A model generated the notes under the pieces. The model did not search any database and was not told where the DNA came from. It saw only the letters and a program-made list of their open reading frames with translations. A DNA stretch of 63,775 nt, the filler included, from Lenisia limosa (taxonomy: Eukaryota; Protista; Breviatea), in NCBI GenBank assembly GCA_001655205.1. It is 10 parts of 10 records of this genome, joined end to end, with 100 filler letters (N's around TTAATTAATTAA, not from the genome) between each part and the next. Parts side by side here need not be neighbours in the genome. Positions count along the whole stretch, not along the records: positions 33,697 to 40,099 come from LPNZ01004717.1; positions 40,200 to 48,197 come from LPNZ01009496.1; positions 48,298 to 56,024 come from LPNZ01005267.1; 7 more parts are not named here. The stretch is one strand, 5' to 3'. Position numbers and translations under genes: made by a program. Positions 38,301-51,200 of this stretch are shown piece after piece; positions within the stretch are counted from its first letter, which is position 1; every line of letters starts with the position of its first letter.

Positions 38301-40099
38301 TCTGCTCACAGCTGCTAACGCCACTAAAAACGACATCACTAAGAACCCCCATGAAGTCAACAGAATCGCCCTTGTGCGTTGGGTTTGACTGTTTTTTCGA
38401 GGTTTATCTTGGTTTATCAGAGTTGGTTTTGGGCTTATTTTTTCTTCAATTTTATTTTCCTTCGTTTTATGGGCTTTTTTGTTTCATAAATTGTCCAATT
38501 TCACCGCCCCCCCCCCAGGCAGCCCATACGAGGCTCAAGGCCACCCTCAAGAAGGGGCATCGTAACCATGGCATTATTGGAGACGAGCTTGCTGCTATCA
38601 ATGTGGGGGGGGGGGGTAAAACGAAGGTAATTTTGATAGNNNNNNNNNNNNNNNNNNNNNNNNNNNNNNNNNNNNNNNNNNNNNNNNCTGAAAACCCAAA
38701 AAAAGAAAGAGGGGTATTTATCAGCTTCCAATCTGTTGCCCTCACCTGTTACATCTTACTCCCCTCCCAGGCCTGCCACCAGCGCCTCATTGACTGTAAT
38801 GACGACGACAAACTTGACGAATTGGCTGTAGGGGGGATACTGGTTCTCTAACCGTTGGATGGTAAATGATTGCGTGAATTAATATGATGGAGAGGTACGC
38901 AGAAAGCTGTGTGCAGATACAACCTTGTTTTCTGTTTCTCATCTCTAGATATTCCGACCAGTTACTGTCAACTCACCCTTTAGAACAAAACACAGCTTCT
39001 TCTCAGAGTGCATCTTGTTACCAACGTCGCTAAGGTGCGTGAGGGGGGGGGTATCTCAAAGGGGGTGTTATTTCCATTTTTGGGTGGGGTTTTGGGGTTT
39101 TTTTTCTCTCACAAATCTCCTTCATTTTGTACGCTTGATTGATGGGATGTGGTGCTGCAGAAGTGACTGGCCTGGTCTTTTTTCCAATTTTATCACCTGG
39201 TTTTTATCTAGTCAGTTACTGCTTATTCATTTGTTTGTTTGGAGTTTCAGATTATTGGGTTCGTGATTAGTACCTTTATTCCAATATTCTTCATCGAATT
39301 TTCCTTCATTTACCCCCCCCCCCAGGTTGTGGTCGGAGACTCGGCCACTTTGGCCTCGGACGTACTCAAAATCCTGCCAGAGAAAATGGACCTTGTCAAT
39401 ATCCAGGGTATGTTGACACTCATGTTACGGGGGACATAAAGGCATGATAGTAATAATAAGTTGCAGATGTAATCTGCGAAGGGGGAGGGGGACCAGTAGG
39501 AGTTTCTGGGTACGATATAAGATCTAAACCACTCCAGTGTGATAATGATATCAGGATCTAACCCCCGCAGGTTTCGGTGTATATACAGAGATTGACGGAC
39601 TGATCTCCTCGATCGCCGATAAGGACCACATGGCAGACGGTTACATGAGGTGCGGGGAGGGGGGTATAACGTGGCTTCCCTGTGGTCCAAAAAAAGACCG
39701 GTAAAATGTCGATATTTATCGAGGATTTATCGAGAAATTGAGTCTTTATATAATAAATACATGTATATAAACAGTACCTTTTAGACAAAATATGGCCCCT
39801 TGATTATACTCACTCGGCAGGCAGCGCATCTATCACCATCAGCAAGTTGCTAAAATGGAGGCTGGTAAGAATGGGAAAAGACGGGATGATTTCAATCAGT
39901 AGCAATTTGTTCGGCGTTTTTTACCCTCTAAACCCCCACCCCCCATAACAGCACATCTCCCTCTAAACCCCTCATCATAACCCAGCCCGTCTCCCTGTGC
40001 CGGAGGAGGAAGCCCCCATGCGGTTTGTGTTCCGCCGTAAATACGCGCCGCCCCGGGAAGACCTCTCGGATCCGGTTATGACGGACTTGGTGTTCCATC
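35387..40099 (+). CDS. MyTH4-FERM domain protein with an acidic N-terminus and no myosin motor; 3' end lost at a spacer
   Basis: MN|DDMFDEISNLEAML...; [58 protein letters not shown] (MyTH4); RLKATLKKGHRN; LLLRVHLVTNVAKVVVGDSATLASDVLKILPEKMDLVNIQGFGVY (FERM F1). Confidence 0.85.
35921..36116. repeat. Intronic minisatellite, ~5 x 40 bp
   Basis: Unit GTTGTTCTGTGTTCATAATTCAAATGCAGATCGAGGGTTT. Confidence 0.92.
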
Positions 40100-40199
40100 N
40101 NNNNNNNNNNNNNNNNNNNNNNNNNNNNNNNNNNNNNNNNNNNTTAATTAATTAANNNNNNNNNNNNNNNNNNNNNNNNNNNNNNNNNNNNNNNNNNNN

Positions 40200-43100
40200 C
40201 AACTGTCTAACCGGATGGTATGCTACTGGAAACACTGAAACATCCTGTACAGAGTGCCCAGCAGGCTCATCTTGCGCTGACGTAACAACTGCTCCTGATG
40301 CTTGCGCGGCTACTGAGTATTCTCTAGCTGGAGCCACTACCTGTGTATCTTGTCCTGAAGGGTATAGTTGTGCCAGTACCAGTGTAGCTCCTGTGGTTTG
40401 CACTTCAGGTCAATCCTCAGCGGTTGGTACAACGTCTTGTATCAATTGCCCTGCAGGCAGTGTCTGCACTGATCCTACGGATATAGAAAGTTGTGCCCCA
40501 GGTACTTATACCACCTCGGGCGTGAATACTGTGTGCACGCCATGTCCTGTGGGAAAGTCATGTGCTACGCCTTCCGAAACCCCAGCTGATTGCGGTCCCG
40601 GAAAATACTCTGGTGGTGGTTTGGTTGTTTGCTCAGTTTGCCCCACTGGATGGTATGCTACTGGAAACACTGAAACCTCCTGTACACAGTGCCCTGCAGG
40701 CTCATCTTGCGCTGACGCAACAGCTTCTCCTGATGCTTGCGCGGCTACTGAATATTCTCTTGCAGGCTATACAAGTTGTATTTCATGTCCTGTTGGAATG
40801 AGGTGCGTTTCTACGTCAACAGCTCCCATAGCCTGTCCAACAGGAACGTATTCTCCTGTCGGAGAAACTACATGTTTGGATTGTGAGGCAGGCTCTATCT
40901 GCGCTGATCCTACAGATCCCAATAATTGTCCTCCAGGGACTTATACCACCTCAGGTGTCAATACTGCGTGTACTCCATGTCCTGTGGGAAAGTCATGTGC
41001 CACGCCTTCCGCAACACCAGCAGATTGCGGGCCCGGAAAATACTCTGGTGGTGGTTTGGCTGTTTGCTCAATTTGCCCTACTGGATGGTATGCTACTGGA
41101 AACACTGAAACATCCTGTACAAAGTGCCCGGCAGGCTCATCTTGCGCTGACGCAACAGCTGCTCCTGATGCTTGCGCGGCTACCGAATATTCCTTGGCTG
41201 GTGCCACGGCCTGTGTGTCTTGTCCTGCAGGCCAAAGGTGCTCTAGTACCTCTACTGCTCCGATCGACTGTACTCTTGGCAAATACTCTCCTGTTGGTAC
41301 TATCACTTGCTTGGATTGCCCTGCTGGCTCTTACTGTCCCACGCCTGCTTCTCTTCCTTTGGTGAGTTTCCAGTTTAATTATTTGCATTTTGTGTGTAAT
41401 AAACTATTATGATCGAACACATTGATAATATTGTGATGCAGCATTTTCTTAACTTCTGTTCGTATTGTTTTTATTGGTAACTATCCATTTAGGCATGTCC
41501 GACAGGTTCGTACAGTACTCTTGGCATCACCACATCTTGTACTCCATGTCCTGCTGGCAAGTCATGCATCGATCCGTCCCAGACTCCTGCCGACTGTGGT
41601 GCGACAGAGTATTCCGAGCTTGGCGATGGTATTTGTGTGGCGTGTCCTAATGGGTTCGAGTGCGCATCTACGGCGTCAACCCCCGTAGCGTGCTTATCCG
41701 GCGAGTACTCACCGGAGGGCGAGACCTCCTGCTTACTGTGCCCCGCTGGCCATGCGTGCCCCTCAACAACTGGCTCCCCTGTGGTTTGTGGGGCCTTATT
41801 CATATGATATTTGAGTTTGGCGTTTTTTTTTCGTGTATTTATTATTGTTATGTGGGTGAAGTTATTTAAGTTGTATACTTTTTGGTCTTATCCCACCCAA
41901 CCTTTTCTTTCACGAAAGCTTATCCATGTAGATTTGCGGTTCTGGATACTACAACACCATTGGAGCAAACACGGCGTGTACCCCATGTCCCGCTGGTAGT
42001 GAGTGTCCAACGGCACTGGCTGCAGCAGCATGTCCAGCCAACAGCTACGCTGTGGCTCAGGTTGGAAGGGGTGGTGGGGTATTTCCTGGCTTCACTATGT
42101 ACCCAAAAGGAAGATATTGTGTTGCTTTAATCAAGATAATTGTAATGTTCTCTATTTTTGAGACAGAATAGTATTATTGTTATTTTGTTTCTCTGACGTC
42201 TTAGTCAACATCCTGTACTGTGTGTCCTGCAGGGTCGTCATGCGCGTCTACCAGTGTTATGCCTGTGGTATGAGGGGCTATACTCATTTTTTTTAGGGAA
42301 TTTTTTGTTTTCAAAAATGAAATGGATATGTCGAGATAGGCGATTGTAAGTTTTAAAAAGTGAATAACCGTGTTACCTGGACAATCTTGCACCCCTCTTG
42401 ACTTGTTTCGATTGAGGGAGATCCCTCTTCATACCCTAACCCCGTAGGCCTGTCTAAGCGGCCGATACTCAGCCCTGTCAGACACGACCTGTCACGATTG
42501 TCCAGCAGGATTCCGCTGTCCGTCCCCTTCTGCTGCTCCAATAGTGGGTTTCGTTGTTTTGCCGTTTCATTATCTCTTTCCAAATGATTCCCTTAATATT
42601 CAAAGGCAATACCTACCTCTAGCCAATGTTGTTGAGATTTGGATGATTTCTAAATACCCCCCACCCAGGCGTGTGATGATGGCTTTTACAACCTGGCTGG
42701 TGTCCATACCAGCTGCAGCACGTGTCCCGCAGGATCTCAATGCGCCAACTCCGCCATGTCTCCGGTCGCCTGCTTAGCCGGTACCTACTCGCCATCTAGT
42801 CAGACCGCGTGTACCCCGTGTCCAAGTGGCTCCTATGCCCTAGGTGGCGCATCTGAATGTGAGCCTTGTCCTTCCGGTCACACCTGTGTTGACCCAACTG
42901 TTGCCGCCGTACCGTGCAGTCCTGGAGAGTTCACCTCCGGAATGAACAGCACCGAATGCTACCCGTGCCCCTCGGGGACCTACCAAGTCAACCCTGGGCA
43001 AACATCGTGTCTCGAATGTCCCATTGGCCAGACATGTGCAGATCCCTCCGCCGTGCCTTCGGACTGTTTGGCCGGCACGTATTCCCAGCAGGGCGTGGCT

Positions 43101-46100
43101 GCATGCTCTCCATGCACCCCTGGAAAGTGGAGCCTTGGGGCCAGTAAGAAGTGTTCGGCGTGTACCGTCGGTCACCAATGTTCTGATGCTACGTCAGCGC
43201 CAGTTGCGTGCCCGGCTGGATGGGTGTCCCCTGGTAGGTTTGGTTATTTTGTTGAATACCTGGGTGTGTATAACATCTTTATTGTCGTTTTCCTTTTCTC
43301 ATTTTTGTATTACATACAGCATGCAGGTTGGAGTCATAAAGTGGAATGATGAATCTCATGATCTAGGTGGGGTCGTGACGGCATGCAGTGAATGTGCGGC
43401 CGGTACCCAGGCTTCGGGTGACCAAAGCTCTTGCGAAAGTTGCCCAGATGGAATGAGTTGTGCCGACCCAAGCGCTCCAATCACGTGCACCTCAGGACAG
43501 TATATTAATAGCACCATCTATTGTGAAACGTGTCCCGCTGGTTTCGAGTGTCCTGATGTCAATTCAGCTCCAGTGCCCTGTATTGATGGTTGGTTCTGCA
43601 GTTTATGTTCTGTTACCAGGTTGGATTGCTTTTACTTGTTTGCCAACTAGGTTACGGCTGATAAATGTTTCAGCATTGGGATAATGCACCAGTTAATACA
43701 CAATCTTAACTAAATATATAATACATGTATTATATAATACTAAGTCCGCGTTGCTTTTTTCTTCCGTAGCGAATATAACAAGATCAGCTCATATGTTGAC
43801 AATATCAGGAAAATATGCCGGGCCGGGTCTCGCTGCTTGTCTTGATTGTCCTGCGGGCGCCTCTTGTGTTGACAGAAAGACAAGTGTTCTCTGTCTACCC
43901 GGTTACTACTCTGCCCAGCATGGTTTGCATTATTAGACGCATCTTTCATGAAGTGAATGCCGCAAAATTATTGATATTGTGTACCAACAATTTTCCCTCT
44001 TTAGGGCCACAGCTTTTTCTGACTGTTTTTCAGGAGACTATTGGAATTTTCTTGCACCCCTCACTCCTTCAGACTCAATTTGCCACCCATGCCCAGCAGG
44101 CAGCAAGTGTCCCGACACATCCGAGCCTGCGGAAGCCTGTCCTATCGGACAATTCTCCGAAGCAATTAAGACTGATTGTTCTGCGTGTCCCGCCGGGAAG
44201 GAATGCAGTGATCCGTCGGCTCCTTCTGACTGTTCTCCGGGCAGTTACTCCGGCCTGGGTATGTGGGGTGAGTCAATCTGGCACTCACTACCATCAACTG
44301 ATAGATAGCTTTTTTCTGTAAGGTAACATTTCTCATTATGGGACCGCGTTTTTGTGTTGGCAAGATTTTACGTTTTTTTCTTTTATTGCTTCATATCATA
44401 TAATCCCCTCATTGGTACAGGTGACGGTGTTTGTCAGCCGTGTCCAGCCGGATCATCATGCCTCGACCCCTCAGTTGCCCCACAACCTTGTTTATCTGGT
44501 ACATACAGCCTTGGTGTGTTCGGGACCGGATATCAAGATGCCTTATTAGCTTTGTTCTTGAACTATTGTTTTGGTCTTTGAATCTCCTGTCATTGTTCTT
44601 ATTGTGTAACAACATAGTCTTGTTTCCACTTGCATTTCAGTGGTAATCTTTTCCAAACTTTTTTTGTATTGCGTTTATATGTAGTATATATTACTATGAT
44701 ATATAGCTATATATTGATCTTATACTACGTATTTCCAAATAGATAATATTTCTCACAGCATGTACTCACAATATTAGGAGGATCCGTAACGACGTGCCAA
44801 TCATGTCCTGCCGGGAAGGAATGCAGTTCAACATCAGCATCACCCGTAGACTGCCCCTCAGGATATTATAGTCTTGTGGATGCAGCAACGTGTTTACCAT
44901 GCCCTGCTGGAAAGAGTTGTACGTTAACCGACGCGGCTCCGTCCGACTGTCCCGACGGCTCATATTCCGCCGCCGGAATCGTTTCATGTACAACCTGCCC
45001 AGTTGGCCACAAATGTGCTGACAAGACCCTTGCTGTGGCTGTTGCCTGTTTGGCTGGAGAAACTGCAGCTGCCGGGGAAATGACGTGTACCTCGTGTCCC
45101 GCCGGTAGGTTCTGCCCCACTACCAAACCCGGGGATATCACAAACTGTGCAAACGGCATGTATAGTACCGGCGGACAAACAAAATGTTCGCCTTGCCCTG
45201 CTGGGTTCGAATGTACAGTCAAAACAGCCGTTGGCAGCGCGTGTAGTTCTGGCTTCTACAGCTTGGAGGGTGAGAAGGACTGTACAAGGTGCCCAGCTGG
45301 TTCGTATTGCGACGTTTCAACGTGGGAGGGGGGGGGGTGAAGGTCGTTGGGCTTCTTCGCTTCTTCACTATAACCTAAATATAACAACAATTGTGTAATT
45401 TGTTTTTCTCACTGTTGGATTTTTTTTTTGTTGATCTGCTTTTGATGGTGTAGTGCTCCACCGTCAGTCTGCTCCCCTGGCTATTACAGCCCAAACGGCC
45501 AGATAACTTGCACACAGTGCCCTGCAGGTTAGTGTAAGATTTTTTTTGAATTTTTGTATTTTGTACTGTCTTGTTTTTTTATCGTCTGAAGATACAGTTG
45601 ATAATGAATTGTCACCGTTTGTCATATGTGATGATTTCTTCATTTCATTGATTTGATATGATATATTTAAAGAAGATTGTTGTTTCACCCCCCCCCCCAG
45701 GATCATATTGTCCCTCCGTGACGGGAACTAGCATTCAGTGTCCGCCAGGCACGTGGTCAGCTGTTGGCGCCATCGCGTGCAGCCCGTGTGCGCCAGGTTA
45801 CGAATGTGTAGCCGGTTNNNNNNNNNNNNNNNNNNNNNNNNNNNNNNNNNNNNNNNNNNNNNNNNNNNNNNNNNNNNNNNNNNNNNNNNNNNGGTTGAGC
45901 TATAGCTTCTTCCTTTCTCTTGTTTTCTTTTTATGGTGTCATATAACGGTCTTAAGGCTCCACTGAGGCATCCCCTGCGAGTGGTCTTTGCCCCAAGGCC
46001 TATTACTGCAATTCAGCAATTTCTGCTGTCCCCATTGCATGTCCAGATGGTAAGGCCTCTGATAGTTGGTTGCCTACGATTGGAGGAATAGTAGTTGACT

Positions 46101-48010
46101 CCGTGCAATTAAGAAACATATAATGGGAACTCAATTTCAAACACTTTGATTTAATTTTGTCTATTTGATTAATGTTGTCTTTACTTTCTACCTTGCATCT
46201 TTTCAATAATGGACTTTAGAATATATACATATATACATGTATGTATATACTGTATACCATCATAATCTTGCCAAAAAACCAAGTTTTATATATATTTACA
46301 GGTACTTACGGTTCTACAACCGGGGAGTCGGGAATTGCGGGAGCCTGTCACCCTTGCCCTGCAGGCAAGTATTGCTCAAACCTGATGGGAAGTATGCAAC
46401 AGATGATTTGATCTTCAACATGAATGGCTTTGTTGTATGATTTTTGGTTTCCTCTTCAAGAATACTATTTTTCACCTATCAGCCCCTACCACCGATGCGG
46501 ACCTAGCCAGTCAGCTCTGTCCAGCTGGCTACTACTGCCCGGAGTCCACGGCCAACTCCTACAACCACCCGTGTCCCGACGGAACGTACAACGCGCTACA
46601 ATCCCAGATATCTGACTCGGCTTGTATCATTTGCCCGGCTGGAAAATACTGTCCTGCGGGTGAGGGGGGGGGGGGNNNNNNNNNNNNNNNNNNNNNNNNN
46701 NNNNNNNNNNNNNNNNNNNNNNNNNNNNNNNNNNNNNNNNNNNNNNNNNNNNNNNNNNNNNNNNNNNNNNNNNNNNNNNNNNNNNNNNNNNNNNNNNNNN
46801 NNNNNNNNNNNNNNNNNNNNNNNNNNNNNNNNNNNNNNNNNNCAGGAGGGCACTGGAGCCCTTTCCGCCGGCGCATCAACCTCCACGTGTCCTGCAGGGT
46901 CGTATAGCGGTATCACAGGTGGCCTATCCGATCCGGCGGCGTGTACTGTTTGTCCCGTCGGTAACTACTGCCCTCTTGACACCCTTTTGCCCGTGCCGTG
47001 TCATGGTGGAACGTATAATCCCGACACATCGTCCAGTTTAGCCACATCATGTTTGTCATGTACCGCGGGAATGGCGTGTCCGACAACAGGGTTGAGTGCN
47101 NNNNNNNNNNNNNNNNNNNNNNNNNNNNNNNNNNNNNNNNNNNNNNNNNNNNNNNNNNNNNNNNNNNNNNNNNNNNNNNNNNNNNNNNNNNNNNNNNNNN
47201 NNNNNNATGGAAGGTTATTACTGCCCCGAGGTGCGTGTGCTAGGGCTATGGAATATTTCAGGGTTTAGTTTGGAATGGATCATTCATTATTATGGCAGCT
47301 CTCACAATCTAGGGAACCGTCACCAGTAACAGCAACCCGTGTCCCCCCGGCTCCTTCACTGCCGCCACCAATCTTACGCAAAGCGCCCAGTGCACGCCAT
47401 GCCCTTCATCCAAGGCGTGCGGATGGGGGACCACAGGAGATGCAGGCCTCAACCCGGCTGTGCCGTGCGCGGCCGGATACTACTGTCCACTGGGCACTTC
47501 CATGGATAATGCAAACCCTTGTCCTCCCGGCACGTACTCGGCAAGCACGATTTTGACGGCTAGCTCCGAGTGTACCCCTTGTCCTGAGGGGCAGTATTGC
47601 ATCGGAGGCAAAACAGCTCCTGATGGGCCGTGTGCCTGTGGACATTACTGTCCTCTTGGCACGCCGCAACGCACGTCTTACCCTTGTGCCGTCGGGACTT
47701 TCTCTTCGGCCACAAACCTGAAGTTACAATCCGAGTGCACTGACTGTCCTATTGCACATTATTGCCCTGTTGGGGGGGGGGGGGNNNNNNNNNNNNNNNN
47801 NNNNNNNNNNNNNNNNNNNNNNNNNNNNNNNNNNNNNNNNNNNNNNNNNNNNNNNNNNNNNNNNNNNNNNNNNNNNNNNNNNNNNNNNNNNNNNNNNNNN
47901 NNNNNNNNNNNNNNNNNNNNNNNNNATTATTTTGACTCTTTCAGAAAGGCTTATGTGCGGCTGTTGAATGTCCTGCAGGTACCTACGTCAACACCCTCAA
48001 CACCCATGGT
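40200..48010 (+). CDS. Very long Cys-rich repeat surface protein (GCC2/GCC3, ephrin-receptor-like CPxGxxC repeats); both ends missing
   Basis: Dozens of CxxCPAGxxC/CPAGYYCP units across ORFs 40393-41412, 42756-43349, 44876-45340, 46437-47268 and 47460-48014, linked by GT-AG introns. Confidence 0.88.
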
Positions 48011-48297
48011 ATGACACTGAGATGGTCTCTATCTTATGAATTTCATGATACTTTGGAGTCTTTCGCCTCAAACACATAATTTTCTCTATAAATAGTGTGT
48101 TTTGTCGGCCTATCCTTGCTTCCCCAGGATTTATCACCGATTAAAAGAGTTTATTATGGTGGCGCATTGTTTCAACAATTAACCCCCCCCCCCTAGGNNN
48201 NNNNNNNNNNNNNNNNNNNNNNNNNNNNNNNNNNNNNNNNNTTAATTAATTAANNNNNNNNNNNNNNNNNNNNNNNNNNNNNNNNNNNNNNNNNNNN

Positions 48298-51200
48298 TCT
48301 TTGCTCCTTCAACACTGTCACCGGTAAATGTGTGGACGACTTCAGCCTCCCATACAACGTCCAGGTGTGGGGTGGGGGTTAAGTGGGGCTTCACTTCGGT
48401 TCGAGAAAATACTGAATTTCTCGATAAATCCTCGAAAACCATCAATATTTTCCCGAACCGCTGTGAAGCCTTAGGGTTAAGGCACTGGTAAAGTCAATAC
48501 GTAAAAGAGAGGGAGGTTGGGGGTGCCATATACTACTATGTAGAGATGAAAAATAAAACAAGATTCTGGGGTTACTCTTATTTTTCAATAGATTTTCCAT
48601 TTATACCCCCCCTTATATCTTCAACTTTACACCTTTAGTGTCCAAAATGCTGAGCTATTTGCTCCCCCACCGCTCTTCTCTATTATTTCTTTTCACACCA
48701 CCTCTTCACATTTATCTGATCTCAATCCCTCTTCATCTTTATATATTCATCATACCCCACTCCCTCTTCACCTTTAGCTCTTTAGTGTTTCCCAAATTCT
48801 TGGCCACCAGAGATAATTCTGGGGTTTTTTGTTTCATAATTTTTCCGTATTTACCCCCCCTTCAGATCACAGTCCCGGGAACATGCCCAAAAGATCTCCG
48901 CTGCTCCTCTCACGTCAACTGCTACTCCTGTCTCCATAGTGAGGGCTGCGAGTTCGACTTGTCCCGAGACTCGTGTGTCCATTGGACCGATTCTATCGTG
49001 ACACATGCTAACTTCTCATCGTGTACTACTTCAAGTAAGCCATTTCGTCCAATTGCTGCCATTTTTTTGAAAGAAAAAAAATTAGGAATGAGGGCTTCAC
49101 TTCGGTCCAAAAAAAGAGTTACCCTTATTTTCATTCTTTTCTGTATTCAGTTTCTTCAATACGAATCCTTTTGCATTTTTGTTTTCTTTCTCTTTTGTAA
49201 GATCACATTTCTCACCTCCCCCCCNNNNNNNNNNNNNNNNNNNNNNNNNNNNNNNNNNNNNNNNNNNNNNNNNNNNNNNNNNNNNNNNNNNNNNNNNNNN
49301 NNNNNNNNNNNNNNNNNNNNNNNNNNNNNNNNNNNNNCCTTGACCCTCGAGGCTGCGTGGCCTTCAATCAGCCTGGTATGTAAAAAAACAAAAGAGAGAG
49401 AGAGCGCGCGCGCTTTCATTGGACACCCTCCCCCCACAATGTTTGCATTAGCTTTATTTGGGATGTGGAGCCCATTGTGCGGCAATTATGCGAGCTTTGT
49501 GGACCCCACACACTCTCCTCCCTACTTTTGATAATATATGCTTACCAAACACACACTCTCTGTGTATAGTTCAATAATCTTTCTATTCACCATTCTTTAG
49601 GTGCTCTTGCAATTGAGAAGGTTTCCACCTGCAACAACCCTTATGACTGCAATGTGGGTAGCAGTTCGAGAATGAGAATAAGGGCTGCGCATTTAGTTCC
49701 TAACAAAGAGAATCCGCGAATATCTTCAAAAAATATCGATATATCGTGTATGTACTAATGAAATTGCTCTGATGCCTTTCATATTTGAATATTTGATTGT
49801 TATCTTGACATCCACAGTACTATACCCGCCTACTGCAATATTCTTTATTGNNNNNNNNNNNNNNNNNNNNNNNNGGTTCTCAGATTTTTATTATTATTAT
49901 TATAATTACCCGTGATGGGATACGCTGCTGCAGAAGCGACTGGCCTGGGCTTTTTTTGTTTTGTTGTTCTCAGCCCTCGTGTGTTGTCAGCCAACAGAGT
50001 TGATTTTGGGCTTTTTTATTTCATAAATTTTCTATTTTTACTCCCTCCGCAGGCCTGTGCTCCAGGTCAATGCATCCCTGGAGAAATCTGCCAATGCCCT
50101 GATGGTTACTCTGGACTGACTTCTTGCAACCGTGAGGGGAATGGGGGGGGGGGTCATGAATTGAAGGACACAGTGCCAATTTGAACAAGAGGGTTCGCTT
50201 CGGTTCCATAGCAGACTGAATGTTTGAATAATTTTCCTGACTGTAATATTGCTTTCAAAAAATTTAATTTCCCGACCCTTTTAACCTCTTCAGCTCTGGA
50301 CGTTCTGATCACCGTCAGCCCCCTTCCCGACACGATGAGTTACCTCCTGACCTGGGCCTTGAATGACACGTCATACGCCGGCGCAATGCCCTCGCTCAAA
50401 TTTACTGCTAAAACCACTGTTACCACCGTGCCGACCTCGGTGTCATCTTTCGAACTCCCTTGGAACGTAGCTTGGTCCGAGTTTGAGCCAACCATCACCG
50501 TGTCCACTGAGCTGATCTTCCCATCGCTAACATACGCCGCCTCATCAGTCACCATCGACCTCCTTCGCTGCAGCGAAACTCGATCTATTGATCTCTGTGA
50601 CACGGTCGGCTGCGTCCTGTGTCCTTTGATGGAATGCCGGGATTCCGAACCGGAATGCGCTATTATGCCGCCGCCAGTGGTCCGCGTTGATCCCTCAGCC
50701 CGTTCCGCTATTGTCATGTGGAGCCCCTTGGTTGACGTGACGTACACTATTTTCAACTCCAGCGGCGCGCTCATTGCCAATGTCACCGACGCCAAATTCA
50801 CGCTCTCTGGCCTCGAGCCTTTCACGGAGTACACCGTTTTTGTTGACACTTCCAAGGGTTCTTTCTCCGGCGAACGTGCTACTGTGGTCTTTACAACTCT
50901 GAGTGAACCTAGTGATCCTCCAACAGCCCTCTTGGCAACTCTCGTGGAACACAACTCCATCACGCTTTCTTGGACAGCCTCGTCTTCTCCCGAAGTTATT
51001 GAGTATTGGGTCCACTCCACCACCAGAGACTACTACTTCAGTTCCGTCACCAGCGGTACCTCCGTTACCATTGATGCTGTTCCTGACTCGTCGTTCAACA
51101 TTAAGGTTTTCTCGTATAACGGACAGCTCTTCTCAACTTCCGCAGCTTGTGAGCGGGGCACTCTTTTTTTTTTTTTTAATCGATTGTATTTTATTATGAT

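Noticed and set aside
49914-49955. Family A contains words also found at the 5S rRNA 3' end (GATGGGA, GGTGCTG, GCCTGGG, GGCTTT)
   Set aside because: Order differs from 5S and no full internal promoter is seen; cannot support a 5S gene or SINE3.
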